NCBI GenBank assembly: GCA_965219085.1
Contig: OZ244720.1
Location: 832,001-896,000 of the forward strand
DNA length: 64,000 nucleotides
Reading direction: 5' to 3'
Source of the DNA: Dehalococcoidia bacterium
GTDB lineage: Bacteria > Chloroflexota > Dehalococcoidia > UBA2979
Position numbers and translations under genes: made by a program. Below the pieces are notes generated by a model. The model saw only the letters and a program-made list of their open reading frames with translations, was not told the origin of the DNA and made no database searches. Below are positions 10,100 through 22,029 of this stretch, one piece after another; position 1 is the first letter of the stretch, and the number at the start of each line of letters is the position of its first letter.

Positions 10100-10980
10100 G
10101 CGGGTTGCGCACCGGCCTCCACGTCCGTTGCCGCGCTGGTCAGTGTCTCTTCATTGCCCGCGTCGTCGGTGAAGGAGACGCTGACGCTGATGGCCTTACC
10201 TTCGTCGTCGGCAACCGGGGTGTAGGTGGCGTTGGTCGCTCCTGCGATGTCGGAGTCGTCCGCAAGCCACTGGTACTCGTATTGGAGGTTGCTAAGCCCG
10301 TCGGCGTCGGCAATGCCCGACGTGTGCGCCGCCAGCGTCTCGCCCACCTGTGCGGTGCCGCTGATGGCGGGCGTGCCGGTGGCGGGAGAATTGGACTGGG
10401 GCGCTGCTGCCACAGCATCCGTTGCAGCGCTGGTCAGCGTCTCCTCGTTATCGGCGTCGTCGGTGAAGCTCACCTGCACGGTGATGACCTTGCCCTCGTC
10501 GGCAGCCACCAGGGTGTAGGCGGCGTTGGTCGCTCCCGTGATGCCGGAGTCGTCCGCTAGCCACTGGTAGCTGAGGGTGGCATTTGCAAGACCGTCGGCA
10601 TCGGCGATGCCCGACGTGCCGGCGGTGAGTGTCTCCCCCACCTGCGCCGTTCCGCTGATGGCGGGCGCTCCTGTCGCCGGGCTGTTGGGCGTGGGCGCTG
10701 CCGCCACCGCGTCCGTTGCTCCGCTGGTCAGCGTCTCCTCGTTGTCGGCGTCGTCGGTGAAGCTCACCTGCACGGTGATGACCTTGCCCTCGTCGGCGTC
10801 GACCAGGGTGTAGGTAGCGTTGGTGGCGCCTGTGATTTCGGAGTCGTCGGCCAGCCACTGGTACTCGTACTGGACGCTGTTCAGACCGTCCGCGTCGGCG
10901 ATGCCCGACGTGCCGGCGGTGAGTGTCTCCCCCACCTGCGCCGTTCCGCTGATGGTGGGCGCGCCCGTGGCAAGGCGGTT
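10100..10980 (-). repeat. Three tandem ~294-bp Ig-like domain repeats (VGETL..TSGIADADGL); further copies near 13200-13750 and 14870-15140
   Basis: Closely similar units with a 294-nt period. Confidence 0.8.
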
Positions 10981-13900
10981 GGAGTGTTCGCGTGGCGCCT
11001 GCCCGGCGCTGAAGACCCAGGGCCGGGCCTGCTTGATCGACAGAATGTTGTCGCTGGTGATCTTGAATTCAATCTCCATGGCGAACTCCTCGCCCGACGC
11101 GATGCCGTACAGCACTGCGAAGCGGTCGTGGATCGCTTCAAGATGACGGCGCAGCTGGTCGAGTTGGACGTCGCTCATGAGGAGCTGTCCCGCGGGAACC
11201 TGATTGGAGCGCGCCGTTAAGGTGTACGTGCTGTCGGGGTGCAGCAGCATCTCCTCGGGCGTCGAGTGCGCCTCAGGATTGGTGATCAGGTCCTCGCCCA
11301 GCTGCGTGTTGACGTAGTAGCTCCCGTCCCTGCGGCCGAAGGGGTCGAAGCTGACGGCGACGCCGTTGGCCAACTCGTCGGAGTAGTTGGGATGCACGAG
11401 CACCCCCATCGCCGCCGCCAGGTGGTCGATGCGGTGGAACTCGCGCTCAGTGAAGGCCCGGAAGTTCCACATGCTCGCCCACACGCCCTTGATGGACTTG
11501 TCGATGCCGTCCTCTGCGGTCTCGTCGGGGTCCTGGGTCTTGGAGTCGTACAGCCCCGCGCCGCTGAACCCCGGCAGGTCCTCGTTGTTGGTGCTGGACC
11601 GGTAGCGCAGCGACTGCCCTTCAGGGTAGTTGGCGTGCATGTCCTCCAGCGCTTCGATGATCCACTCGGGCGTCTCGCCCTTCTTGATCTTCTTGCGCAG
11701 CTTCTTCAGCGCGGACTCCTGGGTGTCGAAGTCCGAGTGGAAATCCGGGTCGGCCAGCATCTCCCTGACGTCAGCGTAGAAGCCGTTGTGCTTCATGAAC
11801 TCGTCGTAGAAGTAGAACGGCACCGCGAACCCCTCCGGCACGGTCCCGTCCCCGAAGCCCAGCGTCCCCAGCACGGCCACGTTCGCCGCCTTGACGCCGA
11901 ACGCGGTCCAGTCGCCGAATCCAATGTCGCTGAGCGCAGTGATCTGCGTGACCGCGAGGTCCCGCTGAGGAGTCTGGGGCTGCGAGGGGCGCGACGCGGC
12001 ATAGTGGGCATCGACCTCCGCAGGGGTAGCGGCACGCAGGGTCCATCCGTACCCGGCCACCGTGTAGTGAACGTAGCTGTCGATGAGATCATCGATGTCG
12101 TCGTCGTCGAGGGCATCGCGGATGAAGGCGTTGGGGACGCCGTCCTGCACAGCTCGCAGGTTGACGTGCGACAGCGGCGTCTGGGGCACGGTGGTGATGA
12201 TGCCGGCGACACGGGAGAGTTCATTGGGCAGGGTCTCATAGATGACGACGTCGCGCGGGTTGGGGCGTTCCTCCAGCGCCATGACCCGGAGGAAACCGTA
12301 CCCCTCCGCTTTGTTCAGGGAGATGAAGTCCACATCGGGGAAGATGTCCTCCTCCAACAGCACATTGACTCGGGAATCGTCGAAGAGCGCCCGTTCCTCG
12401 TGATACAGCGGCAGAGCTCGCGCCGGCATCGGGTAGTACGCGAAGTTGTCGTCGAGCAGCGGCATGCTGGCTGCCAGCACCTCGTACCCATAGGCCACAG
12501 CCTCGAACGAGTAGGCATCCTGAGGCTCGAACTCGAAGCGGTAGACGCCCAGGGAACCGTCGGGAGCGACCACATTGGGGTGGTATACGATCTCACCCTT
12601 CATCGCACCCTGCAACCAGAGTGGGTTGTGCCAAAGACCGATGACATTGCCAAACCAGGAGTGTGCCCGGTGTGTCTCGGTATTCATGAAATAAACAACT
12701 GGGCGGTCGGTGTCCATGCGGAACAGGTAGAACTTGACGAACTCCAGGCCTCTGAGATGTGCATCAACCACGACACGCCTGCCCTGGTAGGAAAGCGCCT
12801 CGAACGTCTCACGGTCGGGAATCGCCACCACGCCGTCAACGAACTCGACAGGCGGCGCGGGGTTCAGCGGGTTCATCCCCGCCGGATCACCGAGTTCGGC
12901 GATATCGTCGACGCAGTCGCCGTCGAGGTCGCCCGGTTCGGCGATGAGAAACTCATCGACCCGGTAGCGCTCTGCTGGGAGAGCCGAGAGCTGCTCGGTC
13001 AGCGTCGTCGTGCCGGCCTGACCCAAAGTCACCGACACCGGGATCTCCACCGCGGTCTCGCCGTTCAACTGGTGCATCACATAGAGCACGTAGTACTTCT
13101 CAACCGTGGACTCGACCGCTACCGGAACCGACCCGACCGCAATCGACCTCGGCGCAGAACCCGAACCCGCTCCCGGACACTCGCTCGCCGGCTGCACCGG
13201 CATAGTCGACAGGCTCGCCCGGGTCTCCCGGTACCGGGCGTCGTCGGTGAAGCTCACCCGCACCCCGACGGCCCGGCCGGCCATGTCCGGCGTCAAGGTG
13301 AGGCTGGCGCCAGCAGCCCCGTCGATGTCGCTGCCCCCGGCCGTCCACTGGTAGGCGAAGCTGGCGCCGGCCATCCCGTCTGGATCGGCGATGCCCGATG
13401 TGTGCGCCCGCAGCACCTGGTTCACCCGGGCCATCCCGCTGATCGTGGGCGCTCCCGTGGCACGATTGTTGGGCCGGGCGGCAACCGCGGCCGTAGGCTC
13501 GCTGGTCAGCGACTCTCTGTTCCCCGCATCGTCGGTGAAGGACACCCGCACCCGGATGGTCCGCCCAACCTCGTTGCGAGTGAGGGTGAGGCTGAGGCCG
13601 TCGGCCCCGGCGATGTCTCTCCCTCGGGCCATCCATTGGTAGGTGAAGCTGGCCCCGGCGAGTCCGTCCGGGTCGGCGATGCCCGACGTATCGGCGGTGA
13701 GCGTCTCTCCCACCTTGGCGGCGCCGCTGATGGTCGGCGCTCCCACGGCGCGACCGTCGGGGGCCGTCGGGAGCAGCCGGACCGCCACGGTATCTCCGTC
13801 GTTCCAGCTCAGGTCCGTTCCTCTCCACTGGTAGAGGTTGCCGTAGCTGTAGGACTGGAAGGACGAGTCGGTGGAGGCGAACTGCTCGCCGTCCAACTCC

Positions 13901-16073
13901 AGCACGAAGCCGAAGGGAAGCTGCCGGTCGAAGCCGATGTACATCCACCCCCGCGTCTCAATCATGGTCACGGTGTAGGTCGTGCCGGCCACCTCGAACC
14001 ACGCCGGGTACAGCGACCCGACCTGCCGGGAGCTGGTCGAGTAGTACCCGTAGCCCCAGTGCACCCACTCCACCGTCATCGTGGCCGACCACACTGCTGT
14101 CAGCTCGTCGGCCAGCGGCTCCTCGCCGTCAGGGGGTTGCTCGCTGACTGGTTCTGGGCCCGCAACGGTGAACACGGGCCGGTTGTGCAGTTGCCTGCCG
14201 TCCGCGGTGCAAATGTCCCCCGCTACCTCACAGGCTACGCCCGCCGGCAGCGCGATGGTTACGTCGCCGGTCGAGGCTGGGACCACGGTGATCTCCCATA
14301 GCCTGTTCAGTCCGTTCACCCTCGCAACGCCGGAAACCGAACCTCCGGTCACCTCAAGGGAATGGTCCCGCAGAGTTTCCGAGTCGGTCGCAATGTCCTC
14401 GCTGAAGTGGAGCCGGAAGGTGAACGGGTCCACTCCATCGTGGGTCTCCGGCGTAAGTCTGAACCACGCCGTCGGAGGCGCCAGCGGCAGCTCGGGCAAC
14501 GAAGCGTCTGGCCCCGCCGCGAGAGTCAGGCTCACCTCCACCCCGTCGCCCGCGGTCCAGTTCCAGTCACGGGCCTCCCACCAGTACGCGTCTGTGAACT
14601 TGGTGCTCGGGCGCGAGCCCTCCCCCCTCTCGTATCGAGCATCCCCAATGCCGAGCGTGAAGTCCGCTTGCAGTTTCCGGTCTACGACCAAGATCAGACC
14701 GTCAGACTGATGAGTGAGGACTCCGACTCGGTAGGTCCTCCCCCCGCGTGCGAAGGTGTCGGTCGAGAGCGTGCCGTCCATTCCCCAGGCCGAGTAGCCG
14801 GATGTTCTGGGAATTACCGATGTGTCCTCGCCCACCGTCAGCGTCGCCGACCAGGTCACTATCGGGTCGGTAGCCGCTCCCGTCAGTGTTTCCGCATTGC
14901 CCGCATCGTCGGTGAAACTCACCCTCACCCTTATGGATTTGCCCGCGTCGGCGTCGGATGGGGCGTAGGTCTGCGCCGTGGCGTCCGTAATCTCGGTATC
15001 GGACATCCCGTCATTGGCCAGCCACTGGTAGCTGAACGTCGCGTTCTCCAGTCCGTCCGCGTCCGCGATGCCCGACGTGTCCGCCGTCAGCGTCTCCCCC
15101 ACTTTTGCGATGCCTCTGATGACCGGCGCGCCCGTGGCCGGACTGATCGCACTCGCAGATACCGTCACCGTGATCGTCTGCGTCGCCGTCTTCTCCCGTG
15201 TCCCCGTGCCGCTGGTCGCCGTAACCTCCACCACGTAGTCGTTGTCGGTGTCCTGGTCCTGCGCGTCCTCGAAGTTCGGCGCGGTCTTGAAGGTCAACTC
15301 TCCGGACGTCGCCCCGATCGAGAAGAAACTCCGGTCCGCCCCGCCGGTGATCGCGTAGCCCGTGATGCTGTCGTCCGCATCGTCGTCCGTCGCCTCTACC
15401 GTTACCACCGCCGTTTGGTTCTCCGCCACGCTGATCGTCGCCGATGATCTGAACGTCGGCGCCACATTGAGGACCTTCAGGATCGTGAAGTCGTCCAGAA
15501 TGTTCCCGGTACTGTCCAGAAACATGGCGTCAAGACGCCTCCCGTTCACGTCGAGCACCATTGACCCCAGAGTCGCCATCGAAGCGGCCATGGCCGGGTG
15601 GCCAAACGGTCCTGCCTTCCGCTTGCCCGAGGAGCCGGCTACGACATACACGGCGCCGGCGTTCGACGTGCCCACTGCTGCGGGCTTCTGATAGGCCCCG
15701 TCGCCTGTTGCGCTGCCGTCGCCGGGACTCTTCTTCATGGCGTCGGTTAGGGTCTCGGACAGCCCGTAGTGGCCATCGATGAGATACGAACGCTCGTAGG
15801 AGTGGCTATGCCCGGCAAGCACCAGATCGACGCCGTACCGCTCGAGAAGGGGCACGGCGTTCTGCCGCATCTCAATCGAGCGCTCTTGGACGTCGGAGTC
15901 GCGCGATCCCCTGGAATAGGGAGGGTGGTGCCAGAACGCGATGACCCATTCCTTGTCGTTCGCCTGCAGATCCGCTTCCAGCCAGGTCATCATCGCCCCG
16001 TCCGGCGAGCGATCAGTTTCGTAGGAGTCCAGGACAATGAAGTGCATGTTCCCGTAGTCGAAGGAGTAATAGG

Positions 16074-17439
16074 GGTCACGTCCCTGCAAGTGGTGTAGCA
16101 GTGCACCATCCTGATCATTTGCTAGCTGGCAGCTTGCAGCAGCACCTCCTCGCCTGAGGCGACCTCGGCCACGGCCGCCGGCAGCGACTGCAGCATCGTC
16201 ATGTAGCGCCTCCCCTCCGCCCACTCGTCGTGCTGCTCGGCGAGCACGGCGCCGACCAGCCGCACGACCGCGGCGCGGTTGGGGAAGATGCCGACGACGT
16301 TGGTGCGCCGCCGGATCTCCTTGTTGAGGCGTTCCAGCGGGTTGTTCGACCAGACCTGCCGCCAGTGCTGGGACGGGAAGGCCGTGAACGCCAGGATCTC
16401 GGGTCCGGCGTCGGCGAGCAGCGCCGCGGCCTCGGGGAAGCGCTCGGCGAGCTGCTCCACCACACGGGCGTGCTGGGCCTGCACCTCGGCCGCAGAGGAC
16501 TGCTCGTAGATCGTCCGCACCGTCGTCGCCACCAGCTTCTCGGCGCTCTTCGGCACCCGGGTGAGCAGGTTGCGCATGAAGTGCGTCCTGCAGCGCTGCC
16601 AGGAGGCGCCGGCGAAGACGGTCGCGATCGCGTCTCTGAGCCCCTGGTGGGCGTCCGAGGTCACCAGCTCGACCCCGGACAGACCGCGCGCCACGAGCCC
16701 GCGCAGGAAGCTCAGCCAGAACGCCCCGTCCTCGGAGGTACCGACGTCGATGCCCAGCAGCTCGCGCTTGCCTGTCGCGTTGACGGCGGTGGCGACGACC
16801 ACGCTCACCTGGACGACGCGGCCCTCCTCGCGCACGAGCTGGGTGAGCGCGTCGAGCCAGAGGTAGCGGTAGGGGCCCGAGTCGAGCGGCCGCTCGAGGA
16901 AGCTCTCCACGACCTCGTCGAGCTCGGCGCAGATGCGCGAGACCTGGCTCTTCGAGATGCCATCACAGCCGAGCGAGCGCACGAGGTCGTCGACGCGGCG
17001 CGTCGAGACGCCCTCGACGTAGGCCTGCGTGACCACGGAGAGGAGGGCGCGCTCCGAGCGCCGCCGCGGCTCGAGCAGCGAGGGGAAGTAGCTGCCCTCG
17101 CGCAGCTTCGGGATGCCCAGTTCGATCGTGCCCACGCGCGTGTCCCAGCGCCTGGGCCGGTAGCCGTTACGCCGGGTGAGGCGCGTCTCGCTGCGCTCGC
17201 CGTGGGCGGCGCCGATCTGCGCCGAGACCTCGGCGTCCATCACCGCCTGGGCGAGCACCGCGACCGCCTCGCGCAGGAAGTCAATGTCAGCTCCGTCCGC
17301 CTGCTTGCGCAGCAACTCCAACAAGTCCACGCTCTCCTTGACCACCGTAGTCCTCCTTCACGTGACTGTTTCCTGTGTGAAGGATGGCGCGGTGGTCTCC
17401 TACGTCCACCTCTGTGACACCACTTCCTGGGACGCTACC
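16074..17439 (-). mobile_element. IS256-family element with 8-bp target duplication GTAATAGG
   Basis: IRs GGTCACGTCCCTGCAAGTGGTGT / ACACCACTTCCTGGGACGCTACC; DR at 16066-16073 and 17440-17447. Confidence 0.95.
16122..17345 (-). CDS. IS256-family transposase
   Basis: RNGYR.R, GVSTRRV, LWLDA, SDAHQGL, QRCRTHF, NNPLERLNKEIRRR. Confidence 0.95.
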   Translation of the reverse strand: MVKESVDLLELLRKQADGADIDFLREAVAVLAQAVMDAEVSAQIGAAHGERSETRLTRRNGYRPRRWDTRVGTIELGIPKLREGSYFPSLLEPRRRSERALLSVVTQAYVEGVSTRRVDDLVRSLGCDGISKSQVSRICAELDEVVESFLERPLDSGPYRYLWLDALTQLVREEGRVVQVSVVVATAVNATGKRELLGIDVGTSEDGAFWLSFLRGLVARGLSGVELVTSDAHQGLRDAIATVFAGASWQRCRTHFMRNLLTRVPKSAEKLVATTVRTIYEQSSAAEVQAQHARVVEQLAERFPEAAALLADAGPEILAFTAFPSQHWRQVWSNNPLERLNKEIRRRTNVVGIFPNRAAVVRLVGAVLAEQHDEWAEGRRYMTMLQSLPAAVAEVASGEEVLLQAAS

Positions 17440-18787
17440 GTAATAGGCTTCTGTCCTTGAGGGGACACCGCCGGCTTCGCCGTTGCGAGGGAACGAAAAG
17501 ATGTCGTAATAGGGCCCACTCTCGGTGGTCGAGTCGGCTGTGGGGCCGTCATGGTTTCCGAGCGCCGACCAGAGCACGGTCCTACGCAGCACCTGCGGGT
17601 AGGTCTCGAAAACTGCCGCCTGGTACTCTGCATCGGTTCCGCTGCCATAGGCGTTGTCGCCCAGCATGATCCAGAGGTCCGGGTCGCGCGACCCCGTGAA
17701 ATTCAGAAAGGCATCCCTGACGGCCCTGGCATTGGCATTTGCGGTGCCGGAATCTCCGATGACCCAGATTCGCGTCGGCTTCGCCGTGCCCGAGACGGGA
17801 GCGGTTACAACGAAATGATCGCCGTCCCCGCCGGTCAGCGTGTCCGATGAAGTGCCCACGGAATAGAAGTACTTGACGCCGGCGGACAAGCCCGTGACTT
17901 CCACTTCGTGCTCGGTTGTGGAGTCGGAGTTCGTTGCCGATAGCGTCAGGCCGTCCGGGGCGAGGCCGTAACGCACGACGCTATCGGTCGCTTCGTAGGT
18001 TCGCTACTTGACGATGACGCTCGACGACGTGCCACTCTGAAGATAGGGGCCTCGAACGACCACCTGGGCGGTTCCGGTGGTGTCCGTTGGCGTGTTGCTC
18101 TGCCGGGGTGGCGTGTCGGGCTCCTCGGCCTGTACCGGGGAGAAGAGCAGGGCCAGGGCCAGGGCCGCCAGAGCGGCGAACGGGACCGGGAGTCGTCCTC
18201 TACCGGCGCGAGTCATTGTCGGTCCGCCCTGTGCCTGTGCGGGGCGAGGCCGTCGCGCACGGTCAGGGCCGCATGCCGGAGACCGGGCCCCGGCTCACGT
18301 CTGCCGCGCGGAGGCGGGAGGTCGGGCGATAGAACGCATGTACGGGGGGCAAGAATGCCCGTGCCGCAGCGGCTGCGGGCGTGGGAGTGGACCGGACGGC
18401 CTGATGCGGCGGTGGAGCGGTCGAGCGCCACGTCACGCCTCCCGGTGCGTGAAGCAGCGTCCCCGCCGGCTGGCCTGGCGGGTTGCTACTCCTCCGAGTG
18501 GGACAAGCGGACAGGATGGGCGCTCAGTGTGTCAATGACATAAGAATCTTTGGTCAAGGTGCCGCACGTGGCCCCCGCAGCGCGGGCGCGTTCTCGATCG
18601 CGAGGCCGCTCCGGCTGGCGCAGGACGCCGTGCCGCATGAACAGGGAAGGACGCGGCAGCGCAGCGCCCTCCCTCTGGTGTCCGTGCCCGGCCGGGCGTC
18701 TCAGGCCAACCGCCCGCTCACGCGTGCGGGCTCGCTCGCTCCTGCTCGCGCGGCGCGGGCTGCGGGTGCTGCTCCGCCGCCGCGCCC

Positions 18788-19249
18788 CTAGTCCCCGCCC
18801 CGCTCCGCCTCTTCCCGCTCCCGCGGTTCGATGTCGTCGCGGATGCCCTCGCGGATGCGGTCCGCCTCCAGCCGCAGTTCCTCGATGCGGCGCAGCGCGT
18901 CCGCGCCGGGCATCGCCAGCACCCCCTCCAGACCCTCGCAGAGCCCGTCGAAGCGCACCCACTCCGCCGCCTCGAACCCCTCCGGCGCGAGCTCGCCCCG
19001 CGACGCCACCCACGAGCACATGGCAAAGGCGCTCTCCTCCGAGTCGAGCAGCTCGCCACAGCCGTCCTCCTCGAGGCACTCCCGCAGGTCCTCGAGGCGC
19101 TCGTCGAAGCGCCGTGCGAGCTTGTCGGAGTCGGCGATCCAGTCCTCGACATCGGGAAACACACTCCCGCAGCCGGCCAGGGCCAGCGCGGCGAGCGCCG
19201 CCGCCACGGCGAGCGCTCCGGTCCGCATCAACCCGCGGCGCCCGCTCAT
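18788..19249 (-). CDS. Putative lipoprotein, helical and Cys-containing
   Basis: Hydrophobic leader ending in lipobox LAGC; acidic helical body. Confidence 0.65.
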   Translation of the reverse strand: MSGRRGLMRTGALAVAAALAALALAGCGSVFPDVEDWIADSDKLARRFDERLEDLRECLEEDGCGELLDSEESAFAMCSWVASRGELAPEGFEAAEWVRFDGLCEGLEGVLAMPGADALRRIEELRLEADRIREGIRDDIEPREREEAERGGD

Positions 19250-19389
19250 CGTTGCGCGCAGGCGCCCGCGCGCCACGCGCCGGGTCCCGCAGCCGGGGTG
19301 GGCCTCCGCGGGCGGTCACGGTCGGCTCGCTTGACGAAGGGGGTTGTCACATTGCAGCTCCCCGCGGCAGTCGATGCGAGGTCGGAGGC

Positions 19390-20613
19390 TCAGTCAAACG
19401 CATGCAGCACGACGCCCGTGGGCAGTTTCGGGACGAAGTAGGTGGACTTCTGCGGCATGAAGCCACCGGCGTCGGCGGTGTCGATCACGTCCTGCAACGT
19501 CGGCGCGGGCAGGATGAAGGCCGCCGCCGCCGAGCCGCGCCGCACGGCATCCAGCGCTTCCCGCGGGTCGTGCGTGTAGCTCACGGCGTCACCGCCCGCG
19601 AGCGCCTGCGCGTCGATGCCGAAGATCGGCTCCAGCACGGCTTCCTGCAGGAGGGCGGGCGCAAGCGCCCGCCACGTGGGCGGGGCCGAAGCGGGTATCG
19701 CCGCACGCGCCTCTTCCCGCGGTTCGAGCGTGTACAGGCCGTCCGCCGTGACGAGTGCGAACGTCGCGCTACCGTCCGGGAGGGCCGCCTGCAGCGCACC
19801 GGCCGCTACCTCGCCGACGACGAATGCAGCCGCGAGCCGCTCTGTCAGCCGTGGCGGAGCGGGCGCGTGCACGACACGGTGCGTCGCCCCGACGGCCAGG
19901 GCCGGGTCGCCGGCGCAGACGATGCCCATCAGGACGCTGCCTGAAGCGGCCCGGTCGTCCCTCGAGGCCAGCGCGGACTCGTAGCGATGATGACCATCAC
20001 CCACGTAGACCCGCTGTGATCGAAACAGCGACTCGATCGCGGCCACCGTCGTCGCATCGTCGATCACGCGCAGGGTGTGCCCGTCTCCGCCCGGATCGAC
20101 ACCCTCATTCCTGGGCGGCTGCAGGCGGACGGCTGCGATGAGGTCTGCCAGTGCGCGATCGCGGTCGGGCACGAAGGCCAGCAGCGGCGAGACGTCGGCC
20201 CCGACGAGCGAGCGCAGGGCCGTGCGCGTTGCGCGCGGGCCCGGCATGGTGCGCTCGTGGCCCATCACGCCCGCCTCGCCCCAGTCCGAGAGTTCGACCG
20301 CGCCGAAGATGGCGCGGCGCGTGCGGGCGCGTCCGCCGGCCACGAAGCGGTGCTCGTGGAGATAGAACGAGGGTTGCTCGTCCCGGACGATGATGCCCCG
20401 TTCCCGCCAGTCCGACAGCCGCCGGGCCGCCTTCGCAATCTCGCTCTCGCCGGTGGCCGTCTCGATGTGCGCGATCTGATACGGGCTCGCCGACCTCAGC
20501 GTCGCCGTCTCGGCTGCGTCGACGATGTCGTACGGCGGCCCGAGCAGCGCTCCCCAGTCGCCGGCGCTCTCGGCGTCGTATCGCAGACCCCGGAACGGCG
20601 CGACGCGTGCCAT
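19390..20613 (-). CDS. DUF1015 family protein
   Basis: PFRGLRY, PPYD, HERT, DGHHRYE, MPQKSTYF.PKLPTG. Confidence 0.9.
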   Translation of the reverse strand: MARVAPFRGLRYDAESAGDWGALLGPPYDIVDAAETATLRSASPYQIAHIETATGESEIAKAARRLSDWRERGIIVRDEQPSFYLHEHRFVAGGRARTRRAIFGAVELSDWGEAGVMGHERTMPGPRATRTALRSLVGADVSPLLAFVPDRDRALADLIAAVRLQPPRNEGVDPGGDGHTLRVIDDATTVAAIESLFRSQRVYVGDGHHRYESALASRDDRAASGSVLMGIVCAGDPALAVGATHRVVHAPAPPRLTERLAAAFVVGEVAAGALQAALPDGSATFALVTADGLYTLEPREEARAAIPASAPPTWRALAPALLQEAVLEPIFGIDAQALAGGDAVSYTHDPREALDAVRRGSAAAAFILPAPTLQDVIDTADAGGFMPQKSTYFVPKLPTGVVLHAFD

Positions 20614-21012
20614 GGTGAACGCTCTCTTCCTACCGGCGCGCCCGTCCGCGTCGCCGCCCCCAGCGGCGGCGGGCGGCTGTTCCGTTGCGTGCGGGGTTCC
20701 GTCTCCCGTCTAACCCGTCGCGCAGTCCGCGAGCAGCAGCACCAGCGCCGTGACCAGGGCGGCCAGCCCCGCCACGACGCCCAGGGCTGCCACCAGGGCT
20801 CAAGAGAACACCTCCTCCGCGAGTGAGGGCCTCGCCACCGCGGGCGCGCCGTCCTCTGCCTCTCACGATCGGACAGGACACCCATGATGAGCGTCAATGG
20901 CATAAACAAAGTTGTGCATACGCGCAGGGTTTCGCTCCAGCTTGCTATGCCACAATGCGCGCCAGCATCGTGCCGTCCCCGGAGGACGACCCCTGTATGA
21001 AGACTCGAGACC

Positions 21013-21942
21013 GTGTCCCGCCTGCCCCCCCTTGAGAGCCTGCGCTTCTTCGAGGCGGCCGCCCGCCACGAGAGCTTCTCCAAGGCCGCGGCCGAGCTGG
21101 GCGTCACGGCGGCGGCCGTCGCCTACCGCGTGCGCGCCCTCGATGAGCATCTCGACGCCGCGCTCTTCGAACGCCGCCAGCGGGGCGTGCTCCTCAATGC
21201 CCGGGGTCGGGCCTACCTGCAGGAGGTGCAGCGCATCCTCGCCGAGTTCCACGGCGTCTCCGAGCGCCACAGCCGCCAGCCGCGCCGTGTCCGCATCATC
21301 TCGGTGGAGGCGGTCGCTGAGAAGTGGCTGCTGCCGAGGCTGGCGGCGCTCGAGGCGGCCCATCCCGGCATCGCCATCGAGCTGGAGACCAACCACCGCG
21401 GTGTCGACCCCGGCAGCCGCGACTTCGACGCCTGGATCGCCTACACCGGCGCGACCGCGGCGCCGCACCCGGCCACGCGGCGCGTCGACACGCTGATCGA
21501 GGAGACGCTCTACGAGGAGCAGCTGCTTCCGGTCTGCAGCCCGGCCTTGCTCGCGGCGCGCGGGCAGCCCCGCGGCGCGGTCGAGCTGGACGGCTGGCCC
21601 CTGCTCTACGACCTGGGCTGGGACACCGACTGGGCGTACTGGTCCGCCTGCCAGCACGAGCCCGCGCCGGACCTCTCGCGGGCCTCGGGCTTCCGCCTCT
21701 ACAGCATGGTGGTCGACGCCGCCGGCCAGGGGCTCGGGGCCGCGATCGGGCGCCCGGCGCTGATTGCGGACGAGCTCGCGAGTGGGGTGCTTGTCCCCGT
21801 CTTGGAGCAGCAGGCCGACGCCCCCGAGCGCTGCTGCCTCATCACCACCGCAGCCTCCCGGCGCAAGCCCGAGGTCCAGGCCTTCCGCCAGTGGATCCTC
21901 CGTCAGGCCCGATCCCCCGCGCATCCAACGCGAGCACGCTGA
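21013..21942 (+). CDS. LysR-family regulator (GcvA-like)
   Basis: LPPLESLRFFEAAARHESFSKAAAELGVT...LFER. Confidence 0.92.
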   Translation: MSRLPPLESLRFFEAAARHESFSKAAAELGVTAAAVAYRVRALDEHLDAALFERRQRGVLLNARGRAYLQEVQRILAEFHGVSERHSRQPRRVRIISVEAVAEKWLLPRLAALEAAHPGIAIELETNHRGVDPGSRDFDAWIAYTGATAAPHPATRRVDTLIEETLYEEQLLPVCSPALLAARGQPRGAVELDGWPLLYDLGWDTDWAYWSACQHEPAPDLSRASGFRLYSMVVDAAGQGLGAAIGRPALIADELASGVLVPVLEQQADAPERCCLITTAASRRKPEVQAFRQWILRQARSPAHPTRAR

Positions 21943-22029
21943 CCCAGGGCCCAGCACGCCGCTGGGCACCCCCAGGGCATCCGCCATGTGACGACAGCGC
22001 GCACGCCTCGGTGAGCTAACGATCACCGA

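Larger units (their letters stand above)
9499..18216 (-). pseudogene. Giant secreted protein (~2447 aa reconstructed): signal peptide, purple-acid-phosphatase-type metallophosphoesterase, cadherin, Ig-like repeats, phospho-His swivel + PPDK_N ATP-grasp module, FN3 x2
   Basis: GDSG/GDNAY/GNHD/GHSH; TPLSHV, GVKAAN, RSSTNNED...GAGLYDS, QARP. Removing the IS256 and one 8-bp DR restores the frame (7344 nt). In-frame TAG at 18004-18006 where W is expected. Confidence 0.85.

Noticed and set aside
18004-18006. In-frame TAG as possible stop-codon recoding or pyrrolysine (also TAG at 37746)
   Set aside because: TAG ends several intact genes in this window, and a TGG-to-TAG nonsense change in an already IS-broken gene is simpler
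20710-20890. Small hydrophobic reading frame divergent from the LysR gene
   Set aside because: No coherent start-to-stop ORF; possibly a remnant
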